Numbered from the stretch's first letter, positions 1-9,897 are shown. The stretch: 64,000 bases of DNA from an uncultured Candidatus Saccharibacteria bacterium (GCA_964545515.1 CAZJFK010000001.1:48544-112543); one strand, 5' to 3'. Program-made: numbers and translations. The notes: generated from the sequence alone by a model not told the origin.

Positions 1-544
1 TGTGCGTGCGGGCATGGTGTTCTTTAATGTGCCGCAAGCTAACTTTTGGTATAGTCCTGAGTCGCTGATTGTAAGTCAAAACATCTTCACCTAGTAACTG
101 TTGAACTTTAGGCCAGAGCACCCTATTGTGGTTATTCAAAAAACCGGTCAGCTCACTCTTGACGTTACCTCGCTCAGCTTCAAGCTCCACGGAATTAAAT
201 CTCGGCTCACAAATCGATAAGCGTTGTAGCTCAAAAATCCTCTCCCACTCAAAATCAGCACAATCAGCAAGATATACCATACTAAGATCACTGGTGTATG
301 CGTTATGATAAGCACCATTTTTTGTAAACTCAGCTTCAAATTCATGTTCGCTCTTGAACTGTGAATTCGCACCAAACGCCATGTGCTCCATCATATGAGC
401 AGTTTCGTAAGTGTTTTTGCTCTTTACGTACCTATTGCCAGCTCTAAACTGAAACTGAAAACTCATCACGGTAGCACCGGGTACATCTATTAGTAAACCG
501 CGAGCACCGTTTTTGAGACGAACTTCCTCTACTGTGTGTTTCAT
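1..544 (-). CDS. M16 (pitrilysin/insulinase) family zinc peptidase, N-terminal part; gene runs off the left edge
   Basis: Manual minus-strand translation from ATG 544..542 gives MKHTVEEVRLKNGARGLLIDVPGATVMSFQFQFRAGNRYV...YETAHMMEHMAFG...ELEAERGNVKSEL, open to position 1. It carries the inverted-zincin HxxEH motif (HMMEH). It is absent from the ORF track because no stop lies in the window. The ATG overlaps the secA stop (ATGA). Confidence 0.8.
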   Translation of the reverse strand, partial: MKHTVEEVRLKNGARGLLIDVPGATVMSFQFQFRAGNRYVKSKNTYETAHMMEHMAFGANSQFKSEHEFEAEFTKNGAYHNAYTSDLSMVYLADCADFEWERIFELQRLSICEPRFNSVELEAERGNVKSELTGFLNNHNRVLWPKVQQLLGEDVLTYNQRLRTIPKVSLRHIKEHHARTH

Positions 545-3153
545 CGTCGATTTTTCTTGCGATTCTGACGCTTAGCCTTTTTCTTTTTGCGGGCTACATT
601 GCGGGCATGATTTTCATCACGATGCTTTGCAACCGAAAAATCATCATCACGGTTCTTTTCACCATCTAGGACTTCGTTAACTCCACGTTCAACTGAATTT
701 TCAGCCATACGAGTAAGCTCAGTCTCGTGATCTTCCTCACGCATAGCAGCAAAATCACTTGGGCGGACATGGATAATCGCGCCAATTACTTCGTTGCGTA
801 GAGTAGCCTGCAAACTATCAAATAGTTTAGTGCTCTCTGAGCGATATTCCACTAATGGATCTCGCTGACCAACCGAACGCCAGTGGATTCCCTCACGCAA
901 GTGCTGCATATTCTCCAAATGCTGCATCCAAAGTGTATCTAGAACCTGTATATAGACATCTCGCTCAATCTTGCGAGTGATCTCAGGCGTCAACTCTTCT
1001 TCCTTGGCCTTGTATAATTCATTAACTGCATCAAAAGCTTTTTTGATACGAGCCTTATCGTTCTTTTCGGCACCGATCGCCTTAATCTTGGCTTCATCTA
1101 TTGGAAAAGCGGCTTCAAATTCGTCGACAAATTTAGAATTACCCTTGGCTGGTAGGGCCACTAAATCGTTGACCCGCTCTTTGAGTAGGCGTCTGATCTC
1201 TGACTCAATATTATCGCCCTGCAAAATCTTGCGACGCATAACATACACCACGCGACGGTGACGATTAATCACGTCGTCGTACTGAACAACATTTTTACGA
1301 ATATCATAGTTGTAGCCCTCGACTCGCTTCTGAGCTGATTCGAGCGTTTTGGTAACCGCCTTGTTCTTGATAGGCGTCTCATCATCAACACCAAGACGAT
1401 TCATGAGACTAGCAATTCGTTCACCCTGGAAGATACGCATCAGGTCATCCTCAGTCGATACGTAGAATTGTGTATCACCTGGATCTCCCTGGCGACCACC
1501 ACGACCACGAAGCTGATTGTCAATTCGCCTAGATTCGTGTCGCTCCGAGCCGATTACTACCAAACCACCTAGTTCTTTTACACCCTTGCCTAGTTTGATA
1601 TCGGTACAACGACCGGCAATATTGGTCGCAAGTGTAATGGCACCCTTTTCGCCAGCTTTTTCTACAATCGCAGCTTCGCGTTCGTTATTCTTGGCGTTTA
1701 GGAGCTCATATTGGATACCTTCTTTTTTCAGATATGCAGCAATCATCTCGTTTTTGGCAATTGACCCACTACCAACAAGTACTGGGCGACCAGCCTCGTG
1801 ATATTCCTTGATAGCCCTAGCCACCGCCTTAAGCTTGCCAGCCTCGGTCTTGAATATCAAATCATCGTGATCTTTACGGGCGATTACACGATTCGGCGGA
1901 ATCTGAATAACATCCAAACTATAAATCTGCTGGAACTCCTCGGCCTCTGTAAATGCAGTACCGGTCATACCTGATAATTTAGTATACAAACGGAAATAGT
2001 TCTGGAAAGATACAGTAGCTAGTGTCATGCTTTCTTGAAGCACTGGAACTTGCTCTTTGGCCTCGATAGCCTGATGTAGACCCTCATTATAACGCCTACC
2101 TTGCATCAAACGACCGGTGTGTTCATCGACGATGATGACCTCACCATCATTTGTCACCACATAATCCTTGTCGCGTTTGAATAGAGTCTGGGCTTTGAGA
2201 GCTTGATCCATATGATACACCGAACGGATATAATCAGGGCTATACAGGTTCTTGATGCCTAGCATCTTTTGTACCTTTTCGACACCATCATCGCTAAGCG
2301 ACACCGTCTTGCGCTTTTCGTCTAGTACATAATCATCCGGAACTAATTTAGCCGCTATTTTGGCGAACTGATAATAGCTCTCTGGATTTTCGGCTGCTGG
2401 CGCACTAATAATTAACGGCGTACGTGCTTCGTCGATAAGGATAGAGTCGACTTCGTCAACAATCGCAAAGTTCAAATCACGCTGGCGCACGTCTTCAATG
2501 TCGTTTACCATGTTGTCGCGCAGATAATCAAAACCAAACTCATTATTTGTCCCATAAGTAATATCAGCCGCATAAGCTTCTTTGCGAGTAACTGGACGAA
2601 GCTTACGCATGCGTGCATCATCGTGCTTTTCGTTATCAAAATCAGGATCGTACAGATACGAAGCATCATTGATGATAACACCAGTCGACATGCCTAGGAA
2701 ATGATACAGCTCACCCATCCAACCAGCGTCACGCTGCGCTAGATAATCATTCACTGTAACCAAATGCACTCCCTTGCCACTTAGAGCATTCAAATACACG
2801 GGCAGCGTAGCAACCAGAGTTTTACCCTCACCAGTTTTCATCTCGGCGACATTACCCTCGTGTAGCACGATACCGCCCACAAGTTGCACATCGAAATGGC
2901 GCATGCCGAGCACACGGTCACTTGCCTCGCGCACTAATGCAAAGGCATCCGGTAAAACATCATCAAGAGTCGTGCCCTTTTTGTCGAGACGCTTCTTCAA
3001 GGCAGCAGTCTGCTTGCCAAGCTCGGTTTTATTCATTTTTTTATATTTGTCTTCTAGGGAATTGATAGCTTTGACTCGCTTATACAAGCCTTTTAGTATC
3101 TTTTTCTGTGGATCCCCGAATACTTTTGTAAGAACACCTTGTCTAGTAACCAT
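541..3153 (-). CDS. secA: Preprotein translocase ATPase SecA
   Basis: Full-length SecA-like translation (LTKVFGDPQKK..., MKTGEGKTLVATL Walker A, DEVDSILIDEARTPLIIS DEAD-like box, TNIAGRCTDIKLG motif VI). Start chosen at the internal ATG 3153 (MVTRQGVLTKVFG), preceded by GGGAGTAGGG. The ORF-track start 3177 is also possible. Confidence 0.95.
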   Translation of the reverse strand: MVTRQGVLTKVFGDPQKKILKGLYKRVKAINSLEDKYKKMNKTELGKQTAALKKRLDKKGTTLDDVLPDAFALVREASDRVLGMRHFDVQLVGGIVLHEGNVAEMKTGEGKTLVATLPVYLNALSGKGVHLVTVNDYLAQRDAGWMGELYHFLGMSTGVIINDASYLYDPDFDNEKHDDARMRKLRPVTRKEAYAADITYGTNNEFGFDYLRDNMVNDIEDVRQRDLNFAIVDEVDSILIDEARTPLIISAPAAENPESYYQFAKIAAKLVPDDYVLDEKRKTVSLSDDGVEKVQKMLGIKNLYSPDYIRSVYHMDQALKAQTLFKRDKDYVVTNDGEVIIVDEHTGRLMQGRRYNEGLHQAIEAKEQVPVLQESMTLATVSFQNYFRLYTKLSGMTGTAFTEAEEFQQIYSLDVIQIPPNRVIARKDHDDLIFKTEAGKLKAVARAIKEYHEAGRPVLVGSGSIAKNEMIAAYLKKEGIQYELLNAKNNEREAAIVEKAGEKGAITLATNIAGRCTDIKLGKGVKELGGLVVIGSERHESRRIDNQLRGRGGRQGDPGDTQFYVSTEDDLMRIFQGERIASLMNRLGVDDETPIKNKAVTKTLESAQKRVEGYNYDIRKNVVQYDDVINRHRRVVYVMRRKILQGDNIESEIRRLLKERVNDLVALPAKGNSKFVDEFEAAFPIDEAKIKAIGAEKNDKARIKKAFDAVNELYKAKEEELTPEITRKIERDVYIQVLDTLWMQHLENMQHLREGIHWRSVGQRDPLVEYRSESTKLFDSLQATLRNEVIGAIIHVRPSDFAAMREEDHETELTRMAENSVERGVNEVLDGEKNRDDDFSVAKHRDENHARNVARKKKKAKRQNRKKNRR

Positions 3154-3225
3154 ATAAAGCCCTACTCCCGCAGTCAATCAGTAAAATATTAAACTTATTA
3201 TACTCTATTCCAGCCAAAAATACAT

Positions 3226-3606
3226 CTACAAATCTGGATTTTTGTTGTTTTTTAAGTCAACGCGTGCGAAAACTTTTTGATGTAATTTTACAGTCTGATT
3301 TTCCGATTTATAACTCCTGAGAGTTGATACGAGTTTGGCCTCAACTATATCAATTGCAGCTAAAATATTGAGAGTTGAATCGCTTGCGCGAAAGGTCTTA
3401 CCATGAGGACCACGGATAGCTATACTAGCCTCGTATTTATTGCCGTGTCCACGATTAACCTCTTTTAGAGTTACCTCGATTTTAACATCATCACGAAAAG
3501 ACCTAGGAAAAAACTTATCCAGTTTACCAATTTTTTTGCGAACATATTTTAGCGTAGCCTCATCGGCCGTCAGTCTTACAGTTCTAATATTTATGCTATT
3601 TGTCAT
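3226..3606 (-). CDS. hpf: Ribosome hibernation factor (HPF/RaiA/YfiA family, short form)
   Basis: Translation MTNSINIRTVRLTADEATLKYVRKKIGKLDKFF...EVTL...ASIAI...AIDIVEAKL matches the sigma-54 modulation/S30EA fold pattern. It sits in the conserved position directly upstream of secA. SD GAGAGTGGA lies upstream. Confidence 0.8.
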   Translation of the reverse strand: MTNSINIRTVRLTADEATLKYVRKKIGKLDKFFPRSFRDDVKIEVTLKEVNRGHGNKYEASIAIRGPHGKTFRASDSTLNILAAIDIVEAKLVSTLRSYKSENQTVKLHQKVFARVDLKNNKNPDL

Positions 3607-3707
3607 AATATCTAATCCACTCTCAGTCTACCGCCTAATTCAAATTTGCGCTAGCCACGAGCTGCTGTATACTTAGGATAATTCAATCTAAATCAGAGAG
3701 GTTAATT

Positions 3708-4367
3708 ATGAGTGAATATATCCCTATGTTTTCACGTAGCGAAGAGGCTGGTATTGCACTAACCCCAGATGATGCCGAGCAAATTCTAAGTGTTGGTATC
3801 TCGACCGGTGGCATAGCCGAGATACGCATGGCCGAAAACAGCCCAAGTGCCCATATCGTAGCTACAACTATCGACATTGCCGGAGCAAAATTTGCCCAGG
3901 AATATATAGATCAAGCTGGATACAGCGATAGTATAGACGTCAAAATCGAAGACGTTACCGAACCCATGCCCTATGCCGACGAAACGTTCGACTACGTTTA
4001 TGCCAGACTAGTACTACACTACCTATCAAAACACGACCTTGCCACCGCGCTAAGCGGTTTGCATCGTGTCGTCAAAACAAAAGGCAAACTATTTACTGTT
4101 GTCAGATCAACCGATTGTCCCGATGCTAGACAAGCCGATTCGACATACAACCCGACAACTGGCTTTACTACCTGCACTGGCAAAAACGGTGACAAGTATT
4201 CGCGCTACTACCACAGCCCAGGGAGCATAGCCAATGCCATAGCCAGAGCTGGATTTAAAATAGATTCCCTAGACGCCTACGATGAACAGCTCTTTATTGA
4301 TTTCAAACGCACCGAAATAGCCGACCACACCGACAATGTGATTGAAGTTGTAGCCACCAAAGAATAA
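3708..4367 (+). CDS. Class I SAM-dependent methyltransferase (Methyltransf_11-like)
   Basis: Motif I-like ILSVGISTGGIAE and post-I/II pattern FDYVYARLVLHYL...GKLFTVV. SD GAGAGG lies 8 nt upstream of the ATG. Confidence 0.75.
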   Translation: MSEYIPMFSRSEEAGIALTPDDAEQILSVGISTGGIAEIRMAENSPSAHIVATTIDIAGAKFAQEYIDQAGYSDSIDVKIEDVTEPMPYADETFDYVYARLVLHYLSKHDLATALSGLHRVVKTKGKLFTVVRSTDCPDARQADSTYNPTTGFTTCTGKNGDKYSRYYHSPGSIANAIARAGFKIDSLDAYDEQLFIDFKRTEIADHTDNVIEVVATKE

Positions 4368-4386
4368 ACACCGCACAGCTTTATAG

Positions 4387-4881
4387 CTACGACAAAAGAT
4401 CGCTATAAATCATTGTAACTATTTCATCCTCAGTATGCGTTTCGTCTATGATTTTCTCATTTGAGATATTCAAATGATCCTTCTCGAGCCACCATCTACG
4501 CATAGCTTCTTCTCCAAACTCATGCTTATTTGGCTTCGTGCCGTGTCTATTTAGTGTTTCTTCGAACGGAATATCAAAATAATATACCGATGCGTTACCG
4601 TCAAATTCCTGCACAAGATTTGCTAACATCTCACCATTTACGGATGACTTTAATATACCCTCTATTATCACGTTGAAACCTATCTTCTTGCCATACATAG
4701 CCAGGTCATGAATTAGCTGAACCGTCGGATTACCACTATCATCTTTGACACCTAAAATATCTCGACGCACAACATCCTGTGATATAAGCATCGTCTCATA
4801 ACCAAGCTTCTGACGTAATTTCTTAGCAACGGTAGTCTTGCCACTACCAGAATTACCCCTGATAATGATAAGTTTTTGCAT
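4387..4881 (-). CDS. Small P-loop kinase-like protein (AAA_33 type), function unknown
   Basis: Walker A in IIIRGNSGSGKTTVAKKL, then ISQDVVRRDIL and IIEGIL, typical of the ~170-aa kinase family common in Firmicutes. It lies 14 nt downstream of serS. Confidence 0.75.
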   Translation of the reverse strand: MQKLIIIRGNSGSGKTTVAKKLRQKLGYETMLISQDVVRRDILGVKDDSGNPTVQLIHDLAMYGKKIGFNVIIEGILKSSVNGEMLANLVQEFDGNASVYYFDIPFEETLNRHGTKPNKHEFGEEAMRRWWLEKDHLNISNEKIIDETHTEDEIVTMIYSDLLS

Positions 4882-4895
4882 CTAGTATGTGCCCT

Positions 4896-6197
4896 CTATA
4901 AAGTTTCTCGTCCACCGAGATACGGCCGCAAAACTTCCGGAACGGATACGTTGCCGTCCTTGTCCTGACCATTCTCGATAATGGCAATCATGATACGACC
5001 GAGGGCAAAGGCTGTTGCATCATTGGTGTGTATTAATTCTAAATTGCCATCGCTACGACGAACGCGTGTCTTTAATCTTCGCGCCTGATAATCAGTCATA
5101 TAGTCAGCTGTATGTGTCTCGCGGTATTTATCCTGACCAGGCAACCAAGTCTCCATGTCTATACCACGAGCGTTTGGCTTACCAATATCGGCCGTACACT
5201 TCTGAATAACCTGATATGGCAACCCAAGAGTTTTCAAGAGATATTCTTGGATTGCTACAAATAGCAAATGTTCATTCAGGCCATTGTCACCAGTCGTGAA
5301 ACTCTCCATCTCGAGCTTATCAAACTGATGCATGCGCAGGATACCTTCCATGTCTTTGCCATAAGTACCAGCCTCGCGACGAAAACTCGTCGCATAACCA
5401 AGATAACGTATCGGCAGCTGCGACTCATCAAAAATCTCGTCAGCATGCATACTGCCGAGCACATGCTCAGCACTACCCTGCAACCACAAATCTTCATCTT
5501 CGATCTTGTAACGATCATCGCGCGGTTCAAGGCGATCCATCGCATCATATAGCTCAGTCCTAATCATCAGTGGCGGCAAAATCGGCACAAACGGTTTTAA
5601 TGATACATCTAGTCCCGAACCATCTGCGATTTCACGTAGTTTAGACTCATCACTAAGCGTATTTACCACAAAACTCACAATTGCTAATTGCAATTTCACA
5701 AGATCGCCTTTAATATAGGCGAACCTTGCACCCGAAACCTTAGCGGCACGGTTCTTATCGATCCAATCTCGCTGCTCGGCTATATCGTAATGATTGCGTG
5801 GCGCAAAATCAAATGATGGCTTATCACCAACTGTCTTGGCTACGACATTCTCATCCTCACTTGCACCATATGGCACATCACTGGCCGCCATATTTGGAAC
5901 TTTTTTAAACAGTTCCATAAATTTAGAATCTACATCGCTCAAATAGCCTTCACGTTCGGCAAGTTCGATTTTAATCTGCTTACCTTCATCGATCAGTGCT
6001 TGGTCGGGCCTGCCACCAGATTTCATCTTGCTGGAGTTTTGATTCCGCCTCTCACGCAACTCATCAACCTGCTGCTGCAACGAGCGCCTCTCCTCGTCAA
6101 GTGACAGTAACTCATTAATGTCTATATCATAGCCTTTATTTTTGGCATTTATAGCGACCGTTTCAGGGTTATCGCGAATTAAACGAATATCAATCAT
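4896..6197 (-). CDS. serS: Seryl-tRNA synthetase
   Basis: N-terminal coiled-coil arm (MIDIRLIRDNPE...RRSLQQQVDELRERRN) and class II core (FRREAGTYGKDMEGILRMHQFDKLE, TADIGKPNARGIDMETW). -10 TATACT lies 6 nt from the ATG. Confidence 0.95.
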   Translation of the reverse strand: MIDIRLIRDNPETVAINAKNKGYDIDINELLSLDEERRSLQQQVDELRERRNQNSSKMKSGGRPDQALIDEGKQIKIELAEREGYLSDVDSKFMELFKKVPNMAASDVPYGASEDENVVAKTVGDKPSFDFAPRNHYDIAEQRDWIDKNRAAKVSGARFAYIKGDLVKLQLAIVSFVVNTLSDESKLREIADGSGLDVSLKPFVPILPPLMIRTELYDAMDRLEPRDDRYKIEDEDLWLQGSAEHVLGSMHADEIFDESQLPIRYLGYATSFRREAGTYGKDMEGILRMHQFDKLEMESFTTGDNGLNEHLLFVAIQEYLLKTLGLPYQVIQKCTADIGKPNARGIDMETWLPGQDKYRETHTADYMTDYQARRLKTRVRRSDGNLELIHTNDATAFALGRIMIAIIENGQDKDGNVSVPEVLRPYLGGRETL

Positions 6198-6240
6198 ACA
6201 CTTAGTATAACAGATACAGAGTATGTCGTATATGACTTAT

Positions 6241-7518
6241 CTATTCAGTTCTCAGGGCTTCAATTGGATCGAGCTTGGCTGCTTTGCGGCTAGGGAAATA
6301 TCCAGCTACCACAGCAATTAACATCAACGATAGTATCAATATAACGCTATATAACGGCTTGAATACTAATAAATCAGTACCGGCGTCCAGGCTCAATTTA
6401 TCAGCGATTACCGGGTTAAACAGCTTGAACGGCACGGCAAGCATAGTACCAATCAATCCGCCCAAAAATCCTACCCAAGCAGCTTCGTATCTAAATAATT
6501 TAGCCACATCTTTGCTACGCATACCCAGAGCTTTCATCAGGCCGATCTGGCGAGTACGTTCCAACACCGATATGTACTGAGTGTTGATAATTCCAAATAC
6601 CGAAGCCAGGATCGCCAACGCGCCAAATCCAGCCACACCGCCCATAACTACATTGACGAATGTTAATAGTACTTTTTGGATATCTTGGAGCGAAAGCACA
6701 GAATAACCTTTGTCTTTGACGGCCGCCTGCACTACCTCTGGATTATGATTGTCAGCCACACGAACAGATAACGCATAGTACTCGGCACGATACTCTGATG
6801 GAGTCTGATAATTATATATCTCAGCCCCGTCATCGGGTGAAAGCCATATAGAATCAGTGTAGTGAAGCACGCTCTCAGATTCCTCGTCGACAGCTTGCAC
6901 TGTGTACGTGAAATCACGGGCATTATCGGTAGTAAGCGTACTGACACCAACACGTTTAGTGACATGAATTGTTATTTGCTGACCTACGGCACTTTTGGCA
7001 GATTTAAATCCAAGAGCCTCCAGATAATTATGCGAAAGTATAATACTACCTTTATCTGGTATATTATTTGTCAGCTTACCCGCAGCTAGCTTGATACTAG
7101 TCTGATCTACCTTAATGCTAAGGCTCGGGACATATTTTTTGCCATTTGGTCCCACCATATATTCAGCATCCACACTATACATAGGAGTGACAGACTCGAC
7201 ACCACTAACTTTTTTGATATTTTCAACGTCTTTACTTGATAGCGTATCTTGCGACGTAGCGGTATCTTCGGCACCATATTCACTAGGACCAGTTGATTTT
7301 TGCGATCCATCAGCGGCTTTTGGCATAACTGTTAGCATCCTAGAATCACCATTACTACTAATTAAATTAGAGGTGTATTCACCCGCACCGGTACCAGCAG
7401 CCAGGGCCAGCGTAATAGTAAATGCACCTACGCTAATCGCAATCGAGGTCAAAAAAGTTCGCATTTTGGCACGACGCAAATTACGCCCCGAACGTTTTAC
7501 AATATCAATCCGCCTCAT
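6241..7518 (-). CDS. ABC transporter permease, MacB/FtsX type
   Basis: N-terminal TM helix, large periplasmic-type domain, and a C-terminal FtsX 3-TM bundle (RTRQIGLMKALGMRSKDVAKLF...). ATGA overlap with the upstream ATPase gene. Confidence 0.85.
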   Translation of the reverse strand: MRRIDIVKRSGRNLRRAKMRTFLTSIAISVGAFTITLALAAGTGAGEYTSNLISSNGDSRMLTVMPKAADGSQKSTGPSEYGAEDTATSQDTLSSKDVENIKKVSGVESVTPMYSVDAEYMVGPNGKKYVPSLSIKVDQTSIKLAAGKLTNNIPDKGSIILSHNYLEALGFKSAKSAVGQQITIHVTKRVGVSTLTTDNARDFTYTVQAVDEESESVLHYTDSIWLSPDDGAEIYNYQTPSEYRAEYYALSVRVADNHNPEVVQAAVKDKGYSVLSLQDIQKVLLTFVNVVMGGVAGFGALAILASVFGIINTQYISVLERTRQIGLMKALGMRSKDVAKLFRYEAAWVGFLGGLIGTMLAVPFKLFNPVIADKLSLDAGTDLLVFKPLYSVILILSLMLIAVVAGYFPSRKAAKLDPIEALRTE

Positions 7519-8237
7519 AGTTGCACCTTCTTTCGCTCTGATTTTGGTTTTACGTCTGGCTTATTATTTTTGATACCTACGATATGGCCGTCTTTGATAG
7601 ATATTACGATATCGCATTTTTTGGCTATGTCATCATCATGAGTGACAATTATCAAAGTAGTTTTGTTCTTTTTATTATCACCAAAAAGTAGGTCTTCAAT
7701 CGCATCGCCGGTAGCACTATCAAGATTACCAGTCGGTTCGTCGGCAAATATAATCTTGGGGCTATTGACTATCGCCCTAGCAATCGCCAAGCGTTGTTTC
7801 TGGCCACCCGAAAGGTTCTTGGCTTTCTCGTGGACCTTATCACTGAGTTCAACGGCTTTTAAGGCGTTCAGAATCAAACTTTTGCGCTTGCCCTTAGGCA
7901 CGCGGGCAATTTCAAGCGGCAAACTGACGTTGTCATAACAAGTCTCGTTAGCATCGACAAAAAACGATTGAAAAACAAAACCCATCTCGGTTGCCCTAAA
8001 CTTATCGACAGCTTTTTGTTTGAGCTTCAAAATATCTTCACCATCAACCAGCACTTCACCACTGTCGGCTCTATCTAGCCCGCTAATCGTGTGCATAAGC
8101 GTCGATTTGCCACTACCCGATTTACCTATTATCGCTACACTGGCACCAGTTGGTAGCTCAAAACTAACATTCCTCAGTGCTGTAAACGTATTCTTCTTTT
8201 TACCGTACGTCTTCGAGACGTTTTTGACTTCTATCAC
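7515..8237 (-). CDS. ABC transporter ATP-binding protein (MacB/LolD-like)
   Basis: Walker A GKSGSGKST, signature LSGGQKQR, Walker B IIFADEPTGNLD. Confidence 0.92.
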   Translation of the reverse strand: MIEVKNVSKTYGKKKNTFTALRNVSFELPTGASVAIIGKSGSGKSTLMHTISGLDRADSGEVLVDGEDILKLKQKAVDKFRATEMGFVFQSFFVDANETCYDNVSLPLEIARVPKGKRKSLILNALKAVELSDKVHEKAKNLSGGQKQRLAIARAIVNSPKIIFADEPTGNLDSATGDAIEDLLFGDNKKNKTTLIIVTHDDDIAKKCDIVISIKDGHIVGIKNNKPDVKPKSERKKVQL

Positions 8238-8269
8238 TACCCCTCCTACTTGTATATATCTATTATAAC

Positions 8270-9889
8270 CTAATAATCGTCACTATCGTCATCGTTACCA
8301 AAAACTACCTTACCACAATTAGTAACCTTGTTTTCAACTGGTAATTTGGCATCATTATACGTATACTCACCCGAATTTACTCCATCAACATGGATGTAAT
8401 TCATATCGACGTCAGTCTCGGATGGGCACACACCTGCCTGATGAATATCAAGCACGTTTACAGTTCCAGCCTGAACACTAAAATTATTCTTAGCATCAAC
8501 AGTCAGAGACCTAACCGAACTGCCACTGACATCCATCAATCCACTACCTTGTACCGATAGCTTGTCATAACCACCCACGATATATGATACAGCCACATCC
8601 GAGCCGTTTGTCACACTCAATTCACCATCAGTTTTAGGACCCTCGTAATCCAAATATACCCCGTTATTATCAATTGACTTGAGCGCCGGCCCATAGATAG
8701 TTATCGATGGAGTAATATTATATCTATCACTTGGTGTCGGCAAAAACGTTTCAATATAAGCCACACCGTCCTTGATGCTCACATCAAGTCGCGTACCCGC
8801 GAGTCCCCTAGTTATATAACTAGACTTGTCTGGACTAGCCACGTATGTGATATCAACTGTCGCGTCACTATCCTTATCGCCAATCACAATGCCATTAACA
8901 GCACTAAATTCTTGGGGTAACACGGATTTATATTCGCGCGTCAATTTTTGCACCTCTTGATTGTTATAAGATGATTGGACAAATGTCACTCCGGCCACTA
9001 TTGCCACGGCAATAATCCCAGCAGTTATAATACCAATCAAACTAAACGCCGTTTTCCTAGTAAATTTCCTTGTGATAAACACATAACCAATCTGCGCCCA
9101 CATCAACATCAGCATAATCACACCAAATACTATGGTAGCCAAAACCATCCACGATACGGGTGAATCAAACCCATAAGCATCACTCAGCCACGCCGCCGGA
9201 TTAACTCTATTTACACCAAATATCACCGATATAATCACGCCGACAAAGGCCACAAATATACCAATCGCCACCAAAACGCTACCAATCCCAATCATCGTGC
9301 CTAATATCCGACTCAAAACTGGTATTTTATGACCAATTTTATCAACCGCCGATTCTCCCAGTTCGCGAATAGACCTAGCGTCGACAACTTTTCCCTCGAG
9401 CCGCAGCTTATCGCTAGCTGTCACCGCCGGAGGCACAATTAACCAGAGCACCAAATACAGCAGCGTGGCCACCCCAAACGACGCAAAAAGTAGCACGATA
9501 AATCCTAATCTCACCCAAGTTGCGTCGACTCTCAAATACTTAGCAATACCGCTCAACACACCACCGAGCAGCGCTCCGTCCAAATCACGATACAAAATTC
9601 GCCGCGACACATCACTTACGTCATCAATATCACTATCTCCGGTATCAAATTCATGCGGCTCACCTAATTGCTTGCGAATCGATGCCACGTCACTACTATC
9701 AATCACCCCGCCCGCATCTGTGCCACGAGCCTGCAATATCTCCGTAACACGTATTTCGATATCGCTATAAACATCGTCGTCGTTAATATATTTTTTGAGC
9801 TCATGTAAATATTTTTCTAAATCTTTTTTGGCCGCAACCTCTATTTCATACGGTGTCTTGGCGATATGTACCCTGGTAACTTCGTTCAT
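8270..9889 (-). CDS. PspC-domain membrane protein with a C-terminal beta-rich (putative adhesin/GIN-like) domain
   Basis: PspC motif LYRDLDGALLGGVLSGIAKYLRVDATWVRLGFIVLLF, several TM helices, then a repetitive beta-strand-like C-terminus (LSVTNGSDVAVSY...LSVQGSGLMDVSGSSVRSLTVDAKNNFSVQAG). Confidence 0.8.
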   Translation of the reverse strand: MNEVTRVHIAKTPYEIEVAAKKDLEKYLHELKKYINDDDVYSDIEIRVTEILQARGTDAGGVIDSSDVASIRKQLGEPHEFDTGDSDIDDVSDVSRRILYRDLDGALLGGVLSGIAKYLRVDATWVRLGFIVLLFASFGVATLLYLVLWLIVPPAVTASDKLRLEGKVVDARSIRELGESAVDKIGHKIPVLSRILGTMIGIGSVLVAIGIFVAFVGVIISVIFGVNRVNPAAWLSDAYGFDSPVSWMVLATIVFGVIMLMLMWAQIGYVFITRKFTRKTAFSLIGIITAGIIAVAIVAGVTFVQSSYNNQEVQKLTREYKSVLPQEFSAVNGIVIGDKDSDATVDITYVASPDKSSYITRGLAGTRLDVSIKDGVAYIETFLPTPSDRYNITPSITIYGPALKSIDNNGVYLDYEGPKTDGELSVTNGSDVAVSYIVGGYDKLSVQGSGLMDVSGSSVRSLTVDAKNNFSVQAGTVNVLDIHQAGVCPSETDVDMNYIHVDGVNSGEYTYNDAKLPVENKVTNCGKVVFGNDDDSDDY

Positions 9890-9897
9890 ATTAACTC

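Noticed and set aside
126-375. Two small ORFs (60 aa on the plus strand, 75 aa on the minus strand) at the left edge.
   Set aside because: They are alternative frames inside the M16 peptidase coding region, which reads open from 544 to 1 and carries HxxEH.
7115-7573. Long antisense ORFs in the track: 152 aa here, plus 2774..3157, 21962..22324, 25591..25986, 30786..31211, 48731..49084 and 51115..51528.
   Set aside because: Each lies fully opposite a gene with unmistakable family motifs (ABC permease, SecA, iron permease, RF1, LCP, VKOR, FtsA). Their translations are low-complexity and Ser/Leu/Arg-rich, with no SD or promoter. They are shadow ORFs.
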